From an uncultured bacterium (lineage in GTDB: Bacteria; Fidelibacterota; UBA2242), in contig CAZNUN010000004.1 in NCBI GenBank assembly GCA_964576275.1, positions 28,736 to 92,735 of the forward strand: a DNA stretch of 64,000 bases. The letters run 5' to 3'. A program made the position numbers and the translations under genes. Position 1 is the first letter of the stretch. The number at the start of each line of letters is the position of its first letter. A model generated the notes under the pieces. That model was given only the letters and a program-made list of their open reading frames with translations. It had not been told where the DNA came from and made no database searches. This document shows positions 1-10,785 of this stretch, piece by piece.

Positions 1-216
1 ACTCCGCCTGACAATACCACGCCGATTTACTACGAGGGGCAGACCGGAAAATACTGGGAAGTCGTTAATGGCGCCTGGCAGATCGTCGCTGATGACAAGA
101 TGGATCAGATTCTGGAGGATAAAGCCTATATTTTCAATGCCGGTCCCTCGACCTGGTGGTTTCTGAATCCGCGGTCAGTAACTTTCGGAGCCCGGATTTC
201 CTTCGACCTGGATTGA
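1..216 (+). CDS. 3' end (C-terminal ~71 aa) of a hypothetical protein; the 5' part lies outside the window
   Basis: Frame 1 is open from base 1 with no stop until the TGA at 214-216 (…SVTFGARISFDLD*). It is followed by the RBS and start of the next gene. It is absent from the ORF track because it has no start codon. Confidence 0.4.
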   Translation, partial: TPPDNTTPIYYEGQTGKYWEVVNGAWQIVADDKMDQILEDKAYIFNAGPSTWWFLNPRSVTFGARISFDLD

Positions 217-231
217 AGATAATGACGAGGA

Positions 232-2502
232 ATGATTATGCACAGATTAAATAATACGATTAATACTCTTCGATTGACCGGCTGGATCGTAATCGTGCTC
301 ATCGCGTTTACAGGCCTCAGTCAAGCGCAGGAAATGCGCTGGATCGTCGTAGGTGAAACCCAGTGCTTTTTTATGGATTACGGCAGCGAGCTGGAGCTAG
401 TCACCAACAATAATTTTCTCAGCTGGCCGACTCAGTATGGCGATAAGCAGCATACTATGCGGCAGAAGGGCCTTTGGCTCGGATGCACCAATTATTACGA
501 TCCTCAGGAGGGCAAACAGAAAACGGTGAAAGTCATCGGCTCAGGTCCGCGTCTGCCCTCGAATCATTATACGATGATCTTCCCGCAAAATATTCAACTG
601 GTCGCGCGTTTTAGCCATCCGGTAATTACCGTAGATAAGCAAATCGGCACCAGCAATACGCTTTACGATCTGGTGGATGATTATGAGGCGGAAATGCCTT
701 GCGACCGGATAGTCGTTTCGCAGTTCAATACCTCGATAGGAGTCAGCGTTTCCCGCAAGGTGATGGCTTTTACTCAATCGGACCACGATAATTATTTTAT
801 TCAGGAATATGTTTTTAAAAATACGGGAATCTATGACGAAGATGGAAACGAATATCATCAGGATTTGGACGATTTCTGGGTTTATTTCTGCTGGCGGCCG
901 GCCTTTGCCGGGGTTACTTCTTCCGGATGGACAGATGAACCCGCCTGGGGTGCTTTCTCGTCGGAGTGGGGTACCAGCAATCTTATCCACACTCTGGATG
1001 AGCCCGGCGGACTGCGCGGCTTTTACAGTTACTACGGGCCGACTAATGCCGACAGCCACCCCCTGACGCCGGCCGAAGACTGGGGCTGTCCGAATTACCT
1101 TGAGGATGGGGTTCTGGGCTCGGCCAAATATTTGGGCGCCGCGGTGTTGTTTGCCTCGGACCCCGATGATTATGCAGCCGATGATCCGGATCAACCGACT
1201 ACGAATATCTATATCGGCAGTGATGGGACTCCGATGGAAGCTGCGGTCAGTCAGTATGATGAGACTTTCATGCAGCAACGCTTCCATATCATGACTGAAG
1301 GGCGCCTTACCACCAGTCAGGATGAGGAAGTTTTGAGCGAGATAGGGAATGACGGCTATGTAGAAGACTGGACCACCGGTAATACTTACCGCGGCACCGG
1401 CACCACCGGCGGCAGCAGTCAGGGCTGGGGTTTTGGGCCATACGATCTGGCCGACGGTGACAGCATTCGGATTATTTATGTAGAAGGGGTGAGTGGCATC
1501 AGCTGGGAAAAATGCCGGGAAGTCGGCGCCAACTGGTATGCTTATTATAAAGGCTTGGCAACCAAACCAAGTTTGTTTATGCCGGATGGCACACCGGCTT
1601 CATCGTCCAACGAATGGGGCTATAGCGATTACAATGCCTATAAACGAGCCTGGTGTGAAACCGGTCGGGACTCGGTTCTGCAAATGTTGCAGAATGCCGT
1701 GACCAACTATAATTCGGGCTATACCCTTTCTCTGCCGCCGTCGCCACCGGCCGAATTTAACGTCGAATCCGGCGGCGATCGAATTCGTTTGACCTGGAGC
1801 GAAAATGCCGCCAGCGAACCCAATTTCGATGGTTATGTAATTTACCGCTCGGAAGGCAATGTCAAACAGTACCAGACGGTTTATCAGAAAATTTTCGAAT
1901 GCGACAAAACCAATAGCGTTACGCAATTCGATGACACCACCGCCGCCCGCGGGAATAATTATTACTATTACATACAAACTAAAAGCGACGGGCTGGAAAA
2001 TAATGGCAAACCGCAATACAGCAGTCTTTTTTATACTTTGACCAGTGTGGCGGCGTACCTGCGCCGGCCGGCCGGAAATTTCCTGGAGCATGTCAGAGTA
2101 GTGCCGAATCCCTACGATATTCGCGCCCGGATGTGGCAGTTCGGCGATGATTTTCAATATGACCGGATCGCTTTCTATGAACTGCCGCCGATCTGTCGTG
2201 TCAAAGTCTATACAGAACGAGGCGACCTGATCTGGGAAAAATTTCACGACAACGGTTCCGGCGATGAACTCTGGGATTCGATGACTTCCTCGCGGCAGAT
2301 AATTGTCAGCGGCGTCTACATTCTGCATGTGGAAGTGCCGGTGGATATTTTTTCGGAAGAAAATATCATCGCCTCCCGCGATTATATCAATCCGAAAACC
2401 GGAGAACTTGAGATAATCAAGGGCGAATTGATCTTCCACAAGGGAGATAAAATGTTCTCTAAAGGCGACTCGGTCTTCCGTAAATTTGTGGTGATCAGGT
2501 GA
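232..2502 (+). CDS. secreted protein with a fibronectin type III domain and a T9SS-CTD-like / FlgD-Ig-like beta-sandwich near the C-terminus
   Basis: N-terminal signal peptide (…FTGLSQAQE). FN3-like segment (PPAEFNVESGGDRIRLTWSENAASEPNFDGYVIYRSEG). A VVPNPYD…GVYILHVEV block resembles the type IX secretion C-terminal sorting domain pattern. It lies next to a PorV-like gene. Confidence 0.55.
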   Translation: MIMHRLNNTINTLRLTGWIVIVLIAFTGLSQAQEMRWIVVGETQCFFMDYGSELELVTNNNFLSWPTQYGDKQHTMRQKGLWLGCTNYYDPQEGKQKTVKVIGSGPRLPSNHYTMIFPQNIQLVARFSHPVITVDKQIGTSNTLYDLVDDYEAEMPCDRIVVSQFNTSIGVSVSRKVMAFTQSDHDNYFIQEYVFKNTGIYDEDGNEYHQDLDDFWVYFCWRPAFAGVTSSGWTDEPAWGAFSSEWGTSNLIHTLDEPGGLRGFYSYYGPTNADSHPLTPAEDWGCPNYLEDGVLGSAKYLGAAVLFASDPDDYAADDPDQPTTNIYIGSDGTPMEAAVSQYDETFMQQRFHIMTEGRLTTSQDEEVLSEIGNDGYVEDWTTGNTYRGTGTTGGSSQGWGFGPYDLADGDSIRIIYVEGVSGISWEKCREVGANWYAYYKGLATKPSLFMPDGTPASSSNEWGYSDYNAYKRAWCETGRDSVLQMLQNAVTNYNSGYTLSLPPSPPAEFNVESGGDRIRLTWSENAASEPNFDGYVIYRSEGNVKQYQTVYQKIFECDKTNSVTQFDDTTAARGNNYYYYIQTKSDGLENNGKPQYSSLFYTLTSVAAYLRRPAGNFLEHVRVVPNPYDIRARMWQFGDDFQYDRIAFYELPPICRVKVYTERGDLIWEKFHDNGSGDELWDSMTSSRQIIVSGVYILHVEVPVDIFSEENIIASRDYINPKTGELEIIKGELIFHKGDKMFSKGDSVFRKFVVIR

Positions 2503-2515
2503 GGAGGGCAGAGAT

Positions 2516-3532
2516 ATGAAGATGAATCTAAGAATTCCACTAATCGGTTTGGCTGTTCTGGGGGTCTTAACGGAACCGAATCTGATTGCGAAAAATGTCA
2601 AACTCGCCCAAGCCGGCTTTGAATTCCTGAGTGTAGTTTCCGATGCTCAGGCGGCCGGCATGGCCGATGCCGTCACGAGTCTGGAAATGGGTTCCGGCTC
2701 ACTTTTTTTCAATCCGGCCGGCATGGCCGATATGCAAAAATTCATTGACATCACCGCCAGCGCCAATCAGTGGATTGCCGATATTCAGCATAATACTTTC
2801 AGCCTGGCTATCAGCCCGGCGCACGGCCGGTTCGGAGTGATCGGATTTACCTATCAAAATGTGAACTACGGCGATTTTTACGGCACGCGCGTCAACATGG
2901 CGCTCGACGCCGGCTATTACGACACCGGAATATTCAGTCTGGGCGCCAACGCGCTCGGCTTAGGTTATGCCAAACGCCTGACTGAGTGGTTCAATGTTGG
3001 CGGTCAGGTACGTCTGGTGCGACAGGACTTGGGCAAGAGCATTATCCCCGAAATTTCCGACGTCCCGGACACTACCGAAGTGATTGCCGAAAATGTTTTG
3101 ACGCCGCTGTCTTTTGACTTCGGGACTCAATTTAAAACCGGTTTCCGGAGTCTGGTCTTCGGCATGTCAATTCGCAATTTCTCACGGGAAATCGAATACG
3201 TCGAAGAGCCGTTCCAGTTGCCGTTGGTTTTCAATATGGGAATCTCGATGGACTTGATGGATCTGGTCGCCAAAGGTGATTCTAAACAATCTCTGTACAT
3301 GAGTCTCGACGCGAGTCACTACCGCTCGCGGTCCGAACAATTAAAAGTCGGTTTGGATTGGCGACCGCTTAAAATACTGGCGCTGAGGTGCGGCTATATC
3401 ACCAATGAAGACGAAAGCGGATTGACCTTTGGGGTAGGGCTATCGCGGTTCGGCTTCACTTTTGATTACGCCTATACTCCCTACGGTGTTTTCAACCAGG
3501 TTCAACGTCTGACCATGCGGATTTCGCTTTGA
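2516..3532 (+). CDS. outer-membrane beta-barrel protein, PorV/PorQ-like (type IX secretion associated)
   Basis: Signal peptide. The N-terminal motif GFEFLSVVSDAQAAGMADAVTSLEMGSGSLFFNPAGMAD matches the PorV/LptO hallmark (FL…DAR..GMG…NPAGLA). The C-terminus has alternating hydrophobic residues. Confidence 0.5.
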   Translation: MKMNLRIPLIGLAVLGVLTEPNLIAKNVKLAQAGFEFLSVVSDAQAAGMADAVTSLEMGSGSLFFNPAGMADMQKFIDITASANQWIADIQHNTFSLAISPAHGRFGVIGFTYQNVNYGDFYGTRVNMALDAGYYDTGIFSLGANALGLGYAKRLTEWFNVGGQVRLVRQDLGKSIIPEISDVPDTTEVIAENVLTPLSFDFGTQFKTGFRSLVFGMSIRNFSREIEYVEEPFQLPLVFNMGISMDLMDLVAKGDSKQSLYMSLDASHYRSRSEQLKVGLDWRPLKILALRCGYITNEDESGLTFGVGLSRFGFTFDYAYTPYGVFNQVQRLTMRISL

Positions 3533-3549
3533 ACGATAGGAGGGAAAAA

Positions 3550-4719
3550 ATGAGTATTAAACACATATTATTTATTTCCGCCTTCTGCCTGTTGATGATG
3601 CGCTGCGAATATGAGGTCGCTCAACCGGTCTGGTATGATGATTTTACCGAACCGGCGACACCAACGATCTCGGTGGTCGAACCGTCCGCCGCGACCGCCG
3701 GGTGCAATTATATTACGATCACCGGTGAAAATTTCAGCGGCTCGCCGGATGTCTATTTTGATAACGTCGCTGCAGATGTTTTGTCTTTCTCCAAAACATC
3801 TTTAACTGTACGACGCCCGAATCTGGTCAGCGACTCAAGCATAGTAAAGGTGGTATGTGACAGCGCTATTGTCGTGGCAAAGTACAGCCCGTATCAAATA
3901 ACCAAAGTATTGGACAGTTATGGCAACTTTCTGGAGGATATCGTTCTGAAAGCGTTAGCTGTTGACGATCAGGAGAATCTCTATATAATTGACGCCGACA
4001 AAACTATATACAAGGTAACGCCAGGCGGTGAAAAGAGCGTTTTAACCTTGGACGCGGCTTTGTCAAAAACCCCGACCGATGCCTGCTATCGGGACGGCGC
4101 TCTCTATATTCTGGAAAACAACCGCCCAATCGAAAAAGTCGATCTAAGCACCGGCGTAAAAACCCGCTATGCCCAATTGCCCGCCGGGAAAAAAGGCGAT
4201 TTCGGCGCGTTTGATTCTCTGGGCTATTATTATGCCGGCGGCGCCGGGACTGGCTTGCTGATTGTGACCCCCGACCTTACGAGTAACAAAACCGATTATT
4301 ACCTCGCGGATACGATCAGCGCTATTCAGGTTTGTGGAGATTACTTGTATCTCGGCGTAAAGCTCCAAAACGATGCTTCTTCAGCGATCATCAGACATCC
4401 GCTCAGCAGTGGCAGCGTCGGCGATCCGGATACCCTGATTCAGTTGCGGAATACTGAATTTGCATCCCGAAAAGTTACCGGATTGGCGTTTTCAGCCGAT
4501 GGAAAAATGTATCTGGCGACCGATGCGGTCAATCCATTTCTGGTTTACGATTTTGATTCCGGTCAGCTGGACTACTTTTATAAGGAGATTCTGCCGTCTT
4601 ATTGCAAGAAAATCTATTGGGGCGGCGCGAATTATCTCTACATGATTACCGGCGACGATGCTGCCGACGAGGACTGGACGGTGTACCGCGTAGATATGGG
4701 ATTCGCCAGGAAAACCTGA
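3550..4719 (+). CDS. lipoprotein with an IPT/TIG-like domain and NHL/beta-propeller-like repeats
   Basis: Lipobox (…LLMMRCEYE). IPT-like segment (ITITGENFSGSPDVYFDNVAADVLSFSKTSLTV). Repeated Y/D-rich blade-like segments. A good RBS (aggaggg) lies before the ATG at 3550, and the gene overlaps the upstream stop. Confidence 0.5.
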   Translation: MSIKHILFISAFCLLMMRCEYEVAQPVWYDDFTEPATPTISVVEPSAATAGCNYITITGENFSGSPDVYFDNVAADVLSFSKTSLTVRRPNLVSDSSIVKVVCDSAIVVAKYSPYQITKVLDSYGNFLEDIVLKALAVDDQENLYIIDADKTIYKVTPGGEKSVLTLDAALSKTPTDACYRDGALYILENNRPIEKVDLSTGVKTRYAQLPAGKKGDFGAFDSLGYYYAGGAGTGLLIVTPDLTSNKTDYYLADTISAIQVCGDYLYLGVKLQNDASSAIIRHPLSSGSVGDPDTLIQLRNTEFASRKVTGLAFSADGKMYLATDAVNPFLVYDFDSGQLDYFYKEILPSYCKKIYWGGANYLYMITGDDAADEDWTVYRVDMGFARKT

Positions 4720-4801
4720 TTTTTTAGTTCAAATCTCTGACGATAAACCGGCCGATTTCTCTCCGAAACCGGCCGGTTGCTTTCTTCCTCACTCTGATAT
4801 T

Positions 4802-7615
4802 TTATAACCGGATAGTTTGTTGCTCACCCGTGTATTTAATGACCTTGTCGGGCTGCGGGGTGCTTTCTATTCCGGTGCCATGGCCAGGTCTGACTAATAC
4901 CACCTGAAATTGTCGTTCGGTCAGCATGCCGGGAAAAGAACCATTGCGCGGCCCGATCGTCAATTGCTTTTTAGCGTCGTTCCACTGGAAGGTAATCGTG
5001 GCGTAAATCCCTTTCTCGTAATTGTAATTATCGTTCTCGTCCTCGTAGAGCGTGAAACTGCCATCCGCGCCGGGATAAATCCGCAGTTCGAGCGGATCGG
5101 CCGGTTTTTCAGTGGCATATTGTACGAACGGTCCAAGCGGCACGACCGAACCGGCTTTAATCAACAGCGGAATTTTATCGATCGGAGCGTCAGCCGTTAT
5201 GCTTTGACCGCCGGTATAGGTTGCCCCGGTCCAGAAATCGATCCAGGCCGTTTCGGCGGGCAGGTATACCGACCGGGTTTGCGGGCGCGGTTCCATAGTC
5301 TTTTCGCGTGCGAACATTTCCGGCGTTTTCCAGTTCAGGATCATCTTAGCGGCGCCGGTGGAACGATTCTGCATTTCTAGCCGAAAATCGTATTCCCGTC
5401 CGGCTTCCAGTCTGACCGTATCCGTGTACTGTTCGACGCTGGTATAGACGATCGGAAGTTCCTTGCCGTCGATGAAAAGACGTTTGGCGTCGTAACTAAT
5501 CAGGTGAAACTGATACGAACCACTTTCCGGCGGAGACAGTTTGCTCTCCCAGCACACCGCGAATGCGGAATCGGTCATGTAATCCGGCCGGCCGGTGTAC
5601 CACAGGTGATTGATGTCGGGCTCGATTTGCTTGCGGGACAGGTCGGCGAAATCCGGATTGTGGTAATATTTGACCTTCAGGCCCGGCTTGCCGTCGGCAG
5701 TTTGGAAATATTGCGGTGAGATCAGAACGCTTTTCTCCGGCGGGCGGTGCAACATATATTCGGTGACGGGACAGACCATAACTGATGGGCCGAACATATA
5801 TTGATCGGCGATTGCATAAGTCTTTTGGTCTTGCGGGAAATCCATCGGCAGGCCGCGCATCATGGTATAACCTTCATCGGTTACCCGCCAGGCCAGCGAA
5901 TATATGTAGGGCAGCAGCCGGTAGCGCAGATTATCGAATTTGATCAGGTTTTCGGAAAACTCGCCGAATCGCCAGATTTCACGGGGCGTCTCACTGCCGT
6001 GCGCCCGGAAAATCGGGCAGAATGTCCCGAACTGGAACATGCGGGTATAGAGTTCCTGGTAAGCCGGATCCTGACCGCCGTGAATGAACACTCCGCCGTA
6101 AGCTCCGATCACGAATCCACCGATGTCGAAAGTCCAGTAAGGCACGCCCGCCATACAGAAATTCAGCCCGGCGCTGATCTGGTCGCGGTAAATCTCCCAG
6201 CTGGCGCCGATGTCGCCCGACCAGGTCGTCGCAGCGGCCCGCTGCTGTCCGGCATACACCGAACGCGTCAGCATGTAAACGCGCTTTTGTTCGGATTCCC
6301 GGCGCTGATTCTGGTAGAGTTTATCCATCATCACCAGCGAATAGGCATTCAGGTAACGCGCCCAGCTGCCGAGGTAATTATTCTCGACCTTTTTCATTTC
6401 GTATTCTTCGGCCGCTTTGGTGGTGGCATTGATGATGTCCGGTTCGGTGGAATCGATCCAGAGCGCATCAATCCCGGCGGAAATCAGCCCTGTTTTAACA
6501 TAAGACCAGTAGAGATCGTTGGCGTCCGGATTGAAGGCGTCGAAATATTTGAATGAAGCCCAGCCGACGGTATTAAACAGGTAACCGCGGGCGGCCATAT
6601 CTTTATGGATCGGCGTATTGGGTCCCAGCCCCGGCCAGATCGAGATCATGATGTGAAAGTTTTGGTCGTGGATGCGCTTAATCATGTCCTTCGGTTCGGG
6701 ATACCTTTTCGGGTCGAAAGACATCGCACTCCAATTGGCATTGTCGCCCCAGTAATTCCAGTCCTGGATAATATTGTCAACCGGAATGCGCCGCTGGCGA
6801 TACTCCTTGACAACGTCCAGCAATTCATCGCGGGTATGATAATGCTCCTTGCTCTGCCAGTAACCATAAGCCCACTTGCCGTACATGGGCGCTGACCCGG
6901 TCAGCTGGCGGTAGCCGCCAATCACCGCGTCCATATTCGCGCCGCCGATCAGGTAATAATCGAGATTGTCGCCGACTTCCGACCAGAGCGACATAGTTGT
7001 GGCGGTATCCTGGAAAACAGTCTTGGAATAATTATCCCACAGGATGCCCCAGCCGTTGGTCGAGATCAGGAAGGGCGTCACGGCGTCGGTATTGGTCTGG
7101 ACGAGCGTTACGCTCCGCCCGCGGTAATTCATATAACCGTTCTGATGCTGCCCGAGGCCGAAAAGTCCCTCGTCCGGCGTCAGTTTGAAATCTTGCTGCA
7201 CGCTGAAAGCCTTTTCGCCGCCGATGGTGAGCGGGTCGATGACGGTATTTTTCGTTTCTTTAAGGATTATTTGGCCATCGGCAGTGAAATATTCGATATG
7301 CCCGTCGCGCTTCGAGAGTTTGAGGGTCATCTGCCCGGTTTTCAGCACCACGGTGTTGCGATTATCCTTAATGTCAATCGGTATTTGCGGCAGGCTGTCC
7401 CGGATAACCATCAGGCTTACTTTTTCCGGAGATGATTCCGGCCGCCATTTCACGACCCGGGCGATGTTGCCGGCATGAAATTGAACCCGGACATTCAGGT
7501 TTTTGGTTTCTAATTGCAATCCGTTTTGTATTGACGTTGTTTTACCCGGCTGGCCGCATTGCGAGCATGCCAGCAGGGCTGTCGTAATAAGATAAATCCC
7601 GCGAGTTTTCATCAT
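4802..7615 (-). CDS. glycoside hydrolase family 31 (alpha-xylosidase/alpha-glucosidase-like) with a PA14-like insertion; lipoprotein
   Basis: GH31 catalytic block DAFNPDA…W…GIDALWIDSTEPD (cf. DFTNP…WIDMNEP). A KWAYGYWQSKEHYHTRDEL region. PA14-like segment (VKYYHNPDFADLSRKQIEPDINHLWYTG). Lipobox LLAC. 937 aa. Confidence 0.8.
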   Translation of the reverse strand: MMKTRGIYLITTALLACSQCGQPGKTTSIQNGLQLETKNLNVRVQFHAGNIARVVKWRPESSPEKVSLMVIRDSLPQIPIDIKDNRNTVVLKTGQMTLKLSKRDGHIEYFTADGQIILKETKNTVIDPLTIGGEKAFSVQQDFKLTPDEGLFGLGQHQNGYMNYRGRSVTLVQTNTDAVTPFLISTNGWGILWDNYSKTVFQDTATTMSLWSEVGDNLDYYLIGGANMDAVIGGYRQLTGSAPMYGKWAYGYWQSKEHYHTRDELLDVVKEYRQRRIPVDNIIQDWNYWGDNANWSAMSFDPKRYPEPKDMIKRIHDQNFHIMISIWPGLGPNTPIHKDMAARGYLFNTVGWASFKYFDAFNPDANDLYWSYVKTGLISAGIDALWIDSTEPDIINATTKAAEEYEMKKVENNYLGSWARYLNAYSLVMMDKLYQNQRRESEQKRVYMLTRSVYAGQQRAAATTWSGDIGASWEIYRDQISAGLNFCMAGVPYWTFDIGGFVIGAYGGVFIHGGQDPAYQELYTRMFQFGTFCPIFRAHGSETPREIWRFGEFSENLIKFDNLRYRLLPYIYSLAWRVTDEGYTMMRGLPMDFPQDQKTYAIADQYMFGPSVMVCPVTEYMLHRPPEKSVLISPQYFQTADGKPGLKVKYYHNPDFADLSRKQIEPDINHLWYTGRPDYMTDSAFAVCWESKLSPPESGSYQFHLISYDAKRLFIDGKELPIVYTSVEQYTDTVRLEAGREYDFRLEMQNRSTGAAKMILNWKTPEMFAREKTMEPRPQTRSVYLPAETAWIDFWTGATYTGGQSITADAPIDKIPLLIKAGSVVPLGPFVQYATEKPADPLELRIYPGADGSFTLYEDENDNYNYEKGIYATITFQWNDAKKQLTIGPRNGSFPGMLTERQFQVVLVRPGHGTGIESTPQPDKVIKYTGEQQTIRL

Positions 7616-8058
7616 TTTCCCTCTTTTATGACCGTTTAGAACGAACCGGCCGCATTTCCCCGTATACTCAGGTCGCTTCGTCTTTATAAAAACCGCTTAA
7701 ATCATGCCGGACTGATTTTAAAAAATTACATCCATGAAAACAAGGCTTTTACAATTTTTACCGCCGAACCAGGCGACAGTAATTTTTGCCGCGGATAAAC
7801 GCCGATATTTACTGATGTTTTTTAAAAGCATAATAGCGCATCGTTGCCCGCCTTATACCTGAAACCAGATTGGTCTGGATTGCCCGGGACTGGAAACCGG
7901 TTTTTCTGGAAATGTCTGAACGCTCCCGCGAATAGGTTTACCCGACCATTAATTCCCCCTTGAAAATCGCGCTGCGGTTGCTTAACATTAAACGTGTGAG
8001 TGATTATTGAAATCAAAGATCAGCGCCAACGCTCGATGATTCAAGCAAAGGAGGAACC

Positions 8059-10440
8059 ATGAAACCCCGCGATTTATCGAAAAGAACGCCCCTGTCTGCC
8101 AAAGAACTGTCTCTGCTCGATGCCTACTGGCGGGCCGCCAATTACCTGTCAGTCGGCCAGATTTACCTCTTAGCCAATCCGCTGTTGAAGGAGCCGCTCA
8201 AACTCGAGCATATCAAACCGCGTCTGCTCGGACACTGGGGCACGACCCCCGGCCTGAATTTCATCTATGCGCATCTCAACCGCCTGATTAAGAAATACGA
8301 CCTGAACATGATCTACATAACCGGGCCCGGACATGGCGGACCGGGGTTGGTAGCCAATACTTATCTCGAAGGCACCTACAGCGAAGTTTACCCGAATATT
8401 TCGCCGGATGCCGAAGGGATGCAAAAACTCTTCAAGCAGTTTTCCTTTCCGGGCGGAATTCCCAGCCACGTCGCCCCGGAAACCCCCGGCTCGATTCACG
8501 AAGGCGGCGAACTCGGTTACGCCCTGGTGCATGCCTACGGGGCGGTTTTTGACAATCCCGATTTAATTGCCTGCTGTGTAGTGGGAGACGGCGAGGCCGA
8601 AACGGGCGCCTTAGCCACCAGCTGGCACTCTAATAAATTTCTCAACCCGGTGCACGACGGAGCGGTTTTACCGATCCTGCACCTGAACGGTTATAAAATT
8701 GCCAATCCGACCGTGCTGGCGCGCTTAGATGACGATGAATTGATTGAACTTTTAACCGGCTACGGCTACAAGGTTTACTGCGTGGCCGGCGACGAGCCGC
8801 AGAAAATGCACCAGTTGATGGCGGCCACCCTTGAGGCGGCGATTAAAGAGATTAAAGTCATTCAGGCCGAAGCCCGTAAGAACGGCTTTACGAAGCGCAA
8901 ATCCTGGCCGATGATCGTGATGCGGACGCCCAAGGGCTGGACCGGCCCGCAATTCGTGGATGGTAAAAAGGTCGAAGGCACGTTCCGTTCGCACCAGGTT
9001 CCGCTGTCCGAATTGGCGAAAAAGCCCGATCATGTGCGCATGCTGGAAGAATGGATGCGCAGCTACAAGCCGGAGGAGTTGTTCGATGAAAACGGCAGAC
9101 TGCGTCCGGAGCTAGCGGCCCTGGCTCCGACCGGTCAGCGCCGCATGGGCGCCAATCCGCATGCCAACGGCGGTCTGCTTCTGAAAGACCTGAAGATGCC
9201 GGATTTCCGCGATTACGCTGTGCCGGTACTCAAACCCGGTACGACTGAAGCCGAATCGACCCGCGTCATGGGACAGTTTCTGCGCGATGTCATGAAACTC
9301 AACCTCGCCAGCCGCAATTTCCGGGTCATGGGGCCGGATGAAACCGCGTCCAACCGGCTCGGCGCACTCCTGGAAGTTACCGACCGCATGTCGAGCGCCA
9401 ATATTCTACCGGATGACGAACAGGTCTCACCGGACGGCCGGATCATGGAAGTGCTCAGCGAACACATGTGCCAGGGCTGGCTGGAAGGCTACCTGCTGAC
9501 CGGGCGGCACGGCTTTTTCTCCTGCTATGAAGCCTTTATTCATATCATCGATTCAATGTTTAACCAGCATGCCAAATGGCTGAAGGTCACGCGGCATATC
9601 CCGTGGCGCCGGCCGATCGCCTCGCTCAATTACCTGCTGACTTCGCATGTCTGGCGCCAGGATCATAACGGTTTCAGCCACCAGGATCCCGGATTTATCG
9701 ATCATGTAGTCAATAAAAAGGCTGAAATCGTGCGCGTTTATCTGCCGCCAGATGCCAATACGCTGCTCTCGGTCACCGACCACTGCCTCCGCAGCCGTCA
9801 TTATATCAATGTCATCGTCGCCGGAAAACAACCGGCCCTCCAATTTCTGGACATCGACGCCGCCATTAAACATTGCACAACCGGGATCGGCATTTGGGAA
9901 TGGGCCAGCAACGATCAGAACGGTGAGCCGGATGTCGTCCTGGCCTGTGCCGGCGATATTCCCACCCTGGAAACCCTGGCGGCGGTTGACCTGCTGCGCC
10001 AGAATTTCCCCGACCTGAAAATCCGGGTCATTAATGTCGTCGACCTGATGACGTTGCAGCCGTCCGGCGAACATCCGCACGGTTTGTCCGAAAAGGAATT
10101 CAATTCGCTTTTTACGACCGACAAACCGATCATTTTCGCTTTCCATGGTTATCCGTGGCTGATTCATCGCCTGACCTATCGCCGGGCGAATCACGTAAAT
10201 CTGCACGTGCGCGGCTACAAGGAGGAAGGCACCACGACCACGCCGTTCGATATGGTGGTGATGAATGACCTGGATCGCTTCCATTTAGTCATGGATGTCA
10301 TCGAACGGGTGCCGAAACTGGAACGTATCGGCGCGCATGTCAAGCAGACAATGCGCAACCGCCTGATCGAACATAAACAATATATCATGCGCGTTGGGGA
10401 CGACATGCCGGAAATCCGCGACTGGAAGTGGCCGTACTAA
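8059..10440 (+). CDS. xfp: xylulose-5-phosphate/fructose-6-phosphate phosphoketolase
   Basis: 793 aa. The N-terminus (…[19 protein letters not shown]…[11 protein letters not shown]) and TPP-binding regions are typical of Xfp. Strong RBS (aaaggagga). Confidence 0.95.
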   Translation: MKPRDLSKRTPLSAKELSLLDAYWRAANYLSVGQIYLLANPLLKEPLKLEHIKPRLLGHWGTTPGLNFIYAHLNRLIKKYDLNMIYITGPGHGGPGLVANTYLEGTYSEVYPNISPDAEGMQKLFKQFSFPGGIPSHVAPETPGSIHEGGELGYALVHAYGAVFDNPDLIACCVVGDGEAETGALATSWHSNKFLNPVHDGAVLPILHLNGYKIANPTVLARLDDDELIELLTGYGYKVYCVAGDEPQKMHQLMAATLEAAIKEIKVIQAEARKNGFTKRKSWPMIVMRTPKGWTGPQFVDGKKVEGTFRSHQVPLSELAKKPDHVRMLEEWMRSYKPEELFDENGRLRPELAALAPTGQRRMGANPHANGGLLLKDLKMPDFRDYAVPVLKPGTTEAESTRVMGQFLRDVMKLNLASRNFRVMGPDETASNRLGALLEVTDRMSSANILPDDEQVSPDGRIMEVLSEHMCQGWLEGYLLTGRHGFFSCYEAFIHIIDSMFNQHAKWLKVTRHIPWRRPIASLNYLLTSHVWRQDHNGFSHQDPGFIDHVVNKKAEIVRVYLPPDANTLLSVTDHCLRSRHYINVIVAGKQPALQFLDIDAAIKHCTTGIGIWEWASNDQNGEPDVVLACAGDIPTLETLAAVDLLRQNFPDLKIRVINVVDLMTLQPSGEHPHGLSEKEFNSLFTTDKPIIFAFHGYPWLIHRLTYRRANHVNLHVRGYKEEGTTTTPFDMVVMNDLDRFHLVMDVIERVPKLERIGAHVKQTMRNRLIEHKQYIMRVGDDMPEIRDWKWPY

Positions 10441-10750
10441 TTTTTGTCATTCGTGGTCATTCGGCCCGAAGCGGGCTTGTCATTCGATAGTCATTCGATT
10501 GTCATTCAATAGTCATTAGGGCATTAAGGCATTCATGCAATCATGCAATTTGAATTCTGGAATTTGCCCCGAAGGGGCTCCAGCGGATCAACCTTCAATC
10601 TACAATTGAGGTTATGTATTGTCATTTATGGTCATTGATAGTCAGGAATTGTTAGGGATAGTCATTCAATAGTCATTAAGTCAATGAGACATTCAGCCAT
10701 TCAATCATTCAATCTACAACCTCCAACCTCCAATTAGTAAAATAGCCTTG
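10441..10750. repeat. ORF-less intergenic array of degenerate ~10-bp GTCATT(C/G)(A/G)AT units in two tandem ~150-bp halves, with small GC hairpins (ggcccgaagcgggc; gccccgaaggggc)
   Basis: At least 12 GTCATT copies are directly visible. The same motif family flanks the four-helix-bundle gene at 45007-45582. Confidence 0.8.
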
Positions 10751-10785
10751 TCTCATTGCGGTCGCAATATTAATTTGTTCCGACG

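Noticed and set aside
541-1287. Long antisense ORFs inside confidently assigned genes (e.g. 541-1287, 1600-2601, 5801-6556, 9553-10284, 15086-15829, 40783-41592, 43290-44153, 45576-46292, 48802-49296)
   Set aside because: They are shadow ORFs on the opposite strand of well-supported genes in GC-rich coding sequence, with no start or RBS context and low-complexity translations.
10441-10750. GTCATT arrays as a possible CRISPR array
   Set aside because: The units are ~10 bp, degenerate, with no regular 25-40-bp spacers and no cas genes; the architecture is that of a simple tandem repeat or MITE-like element.
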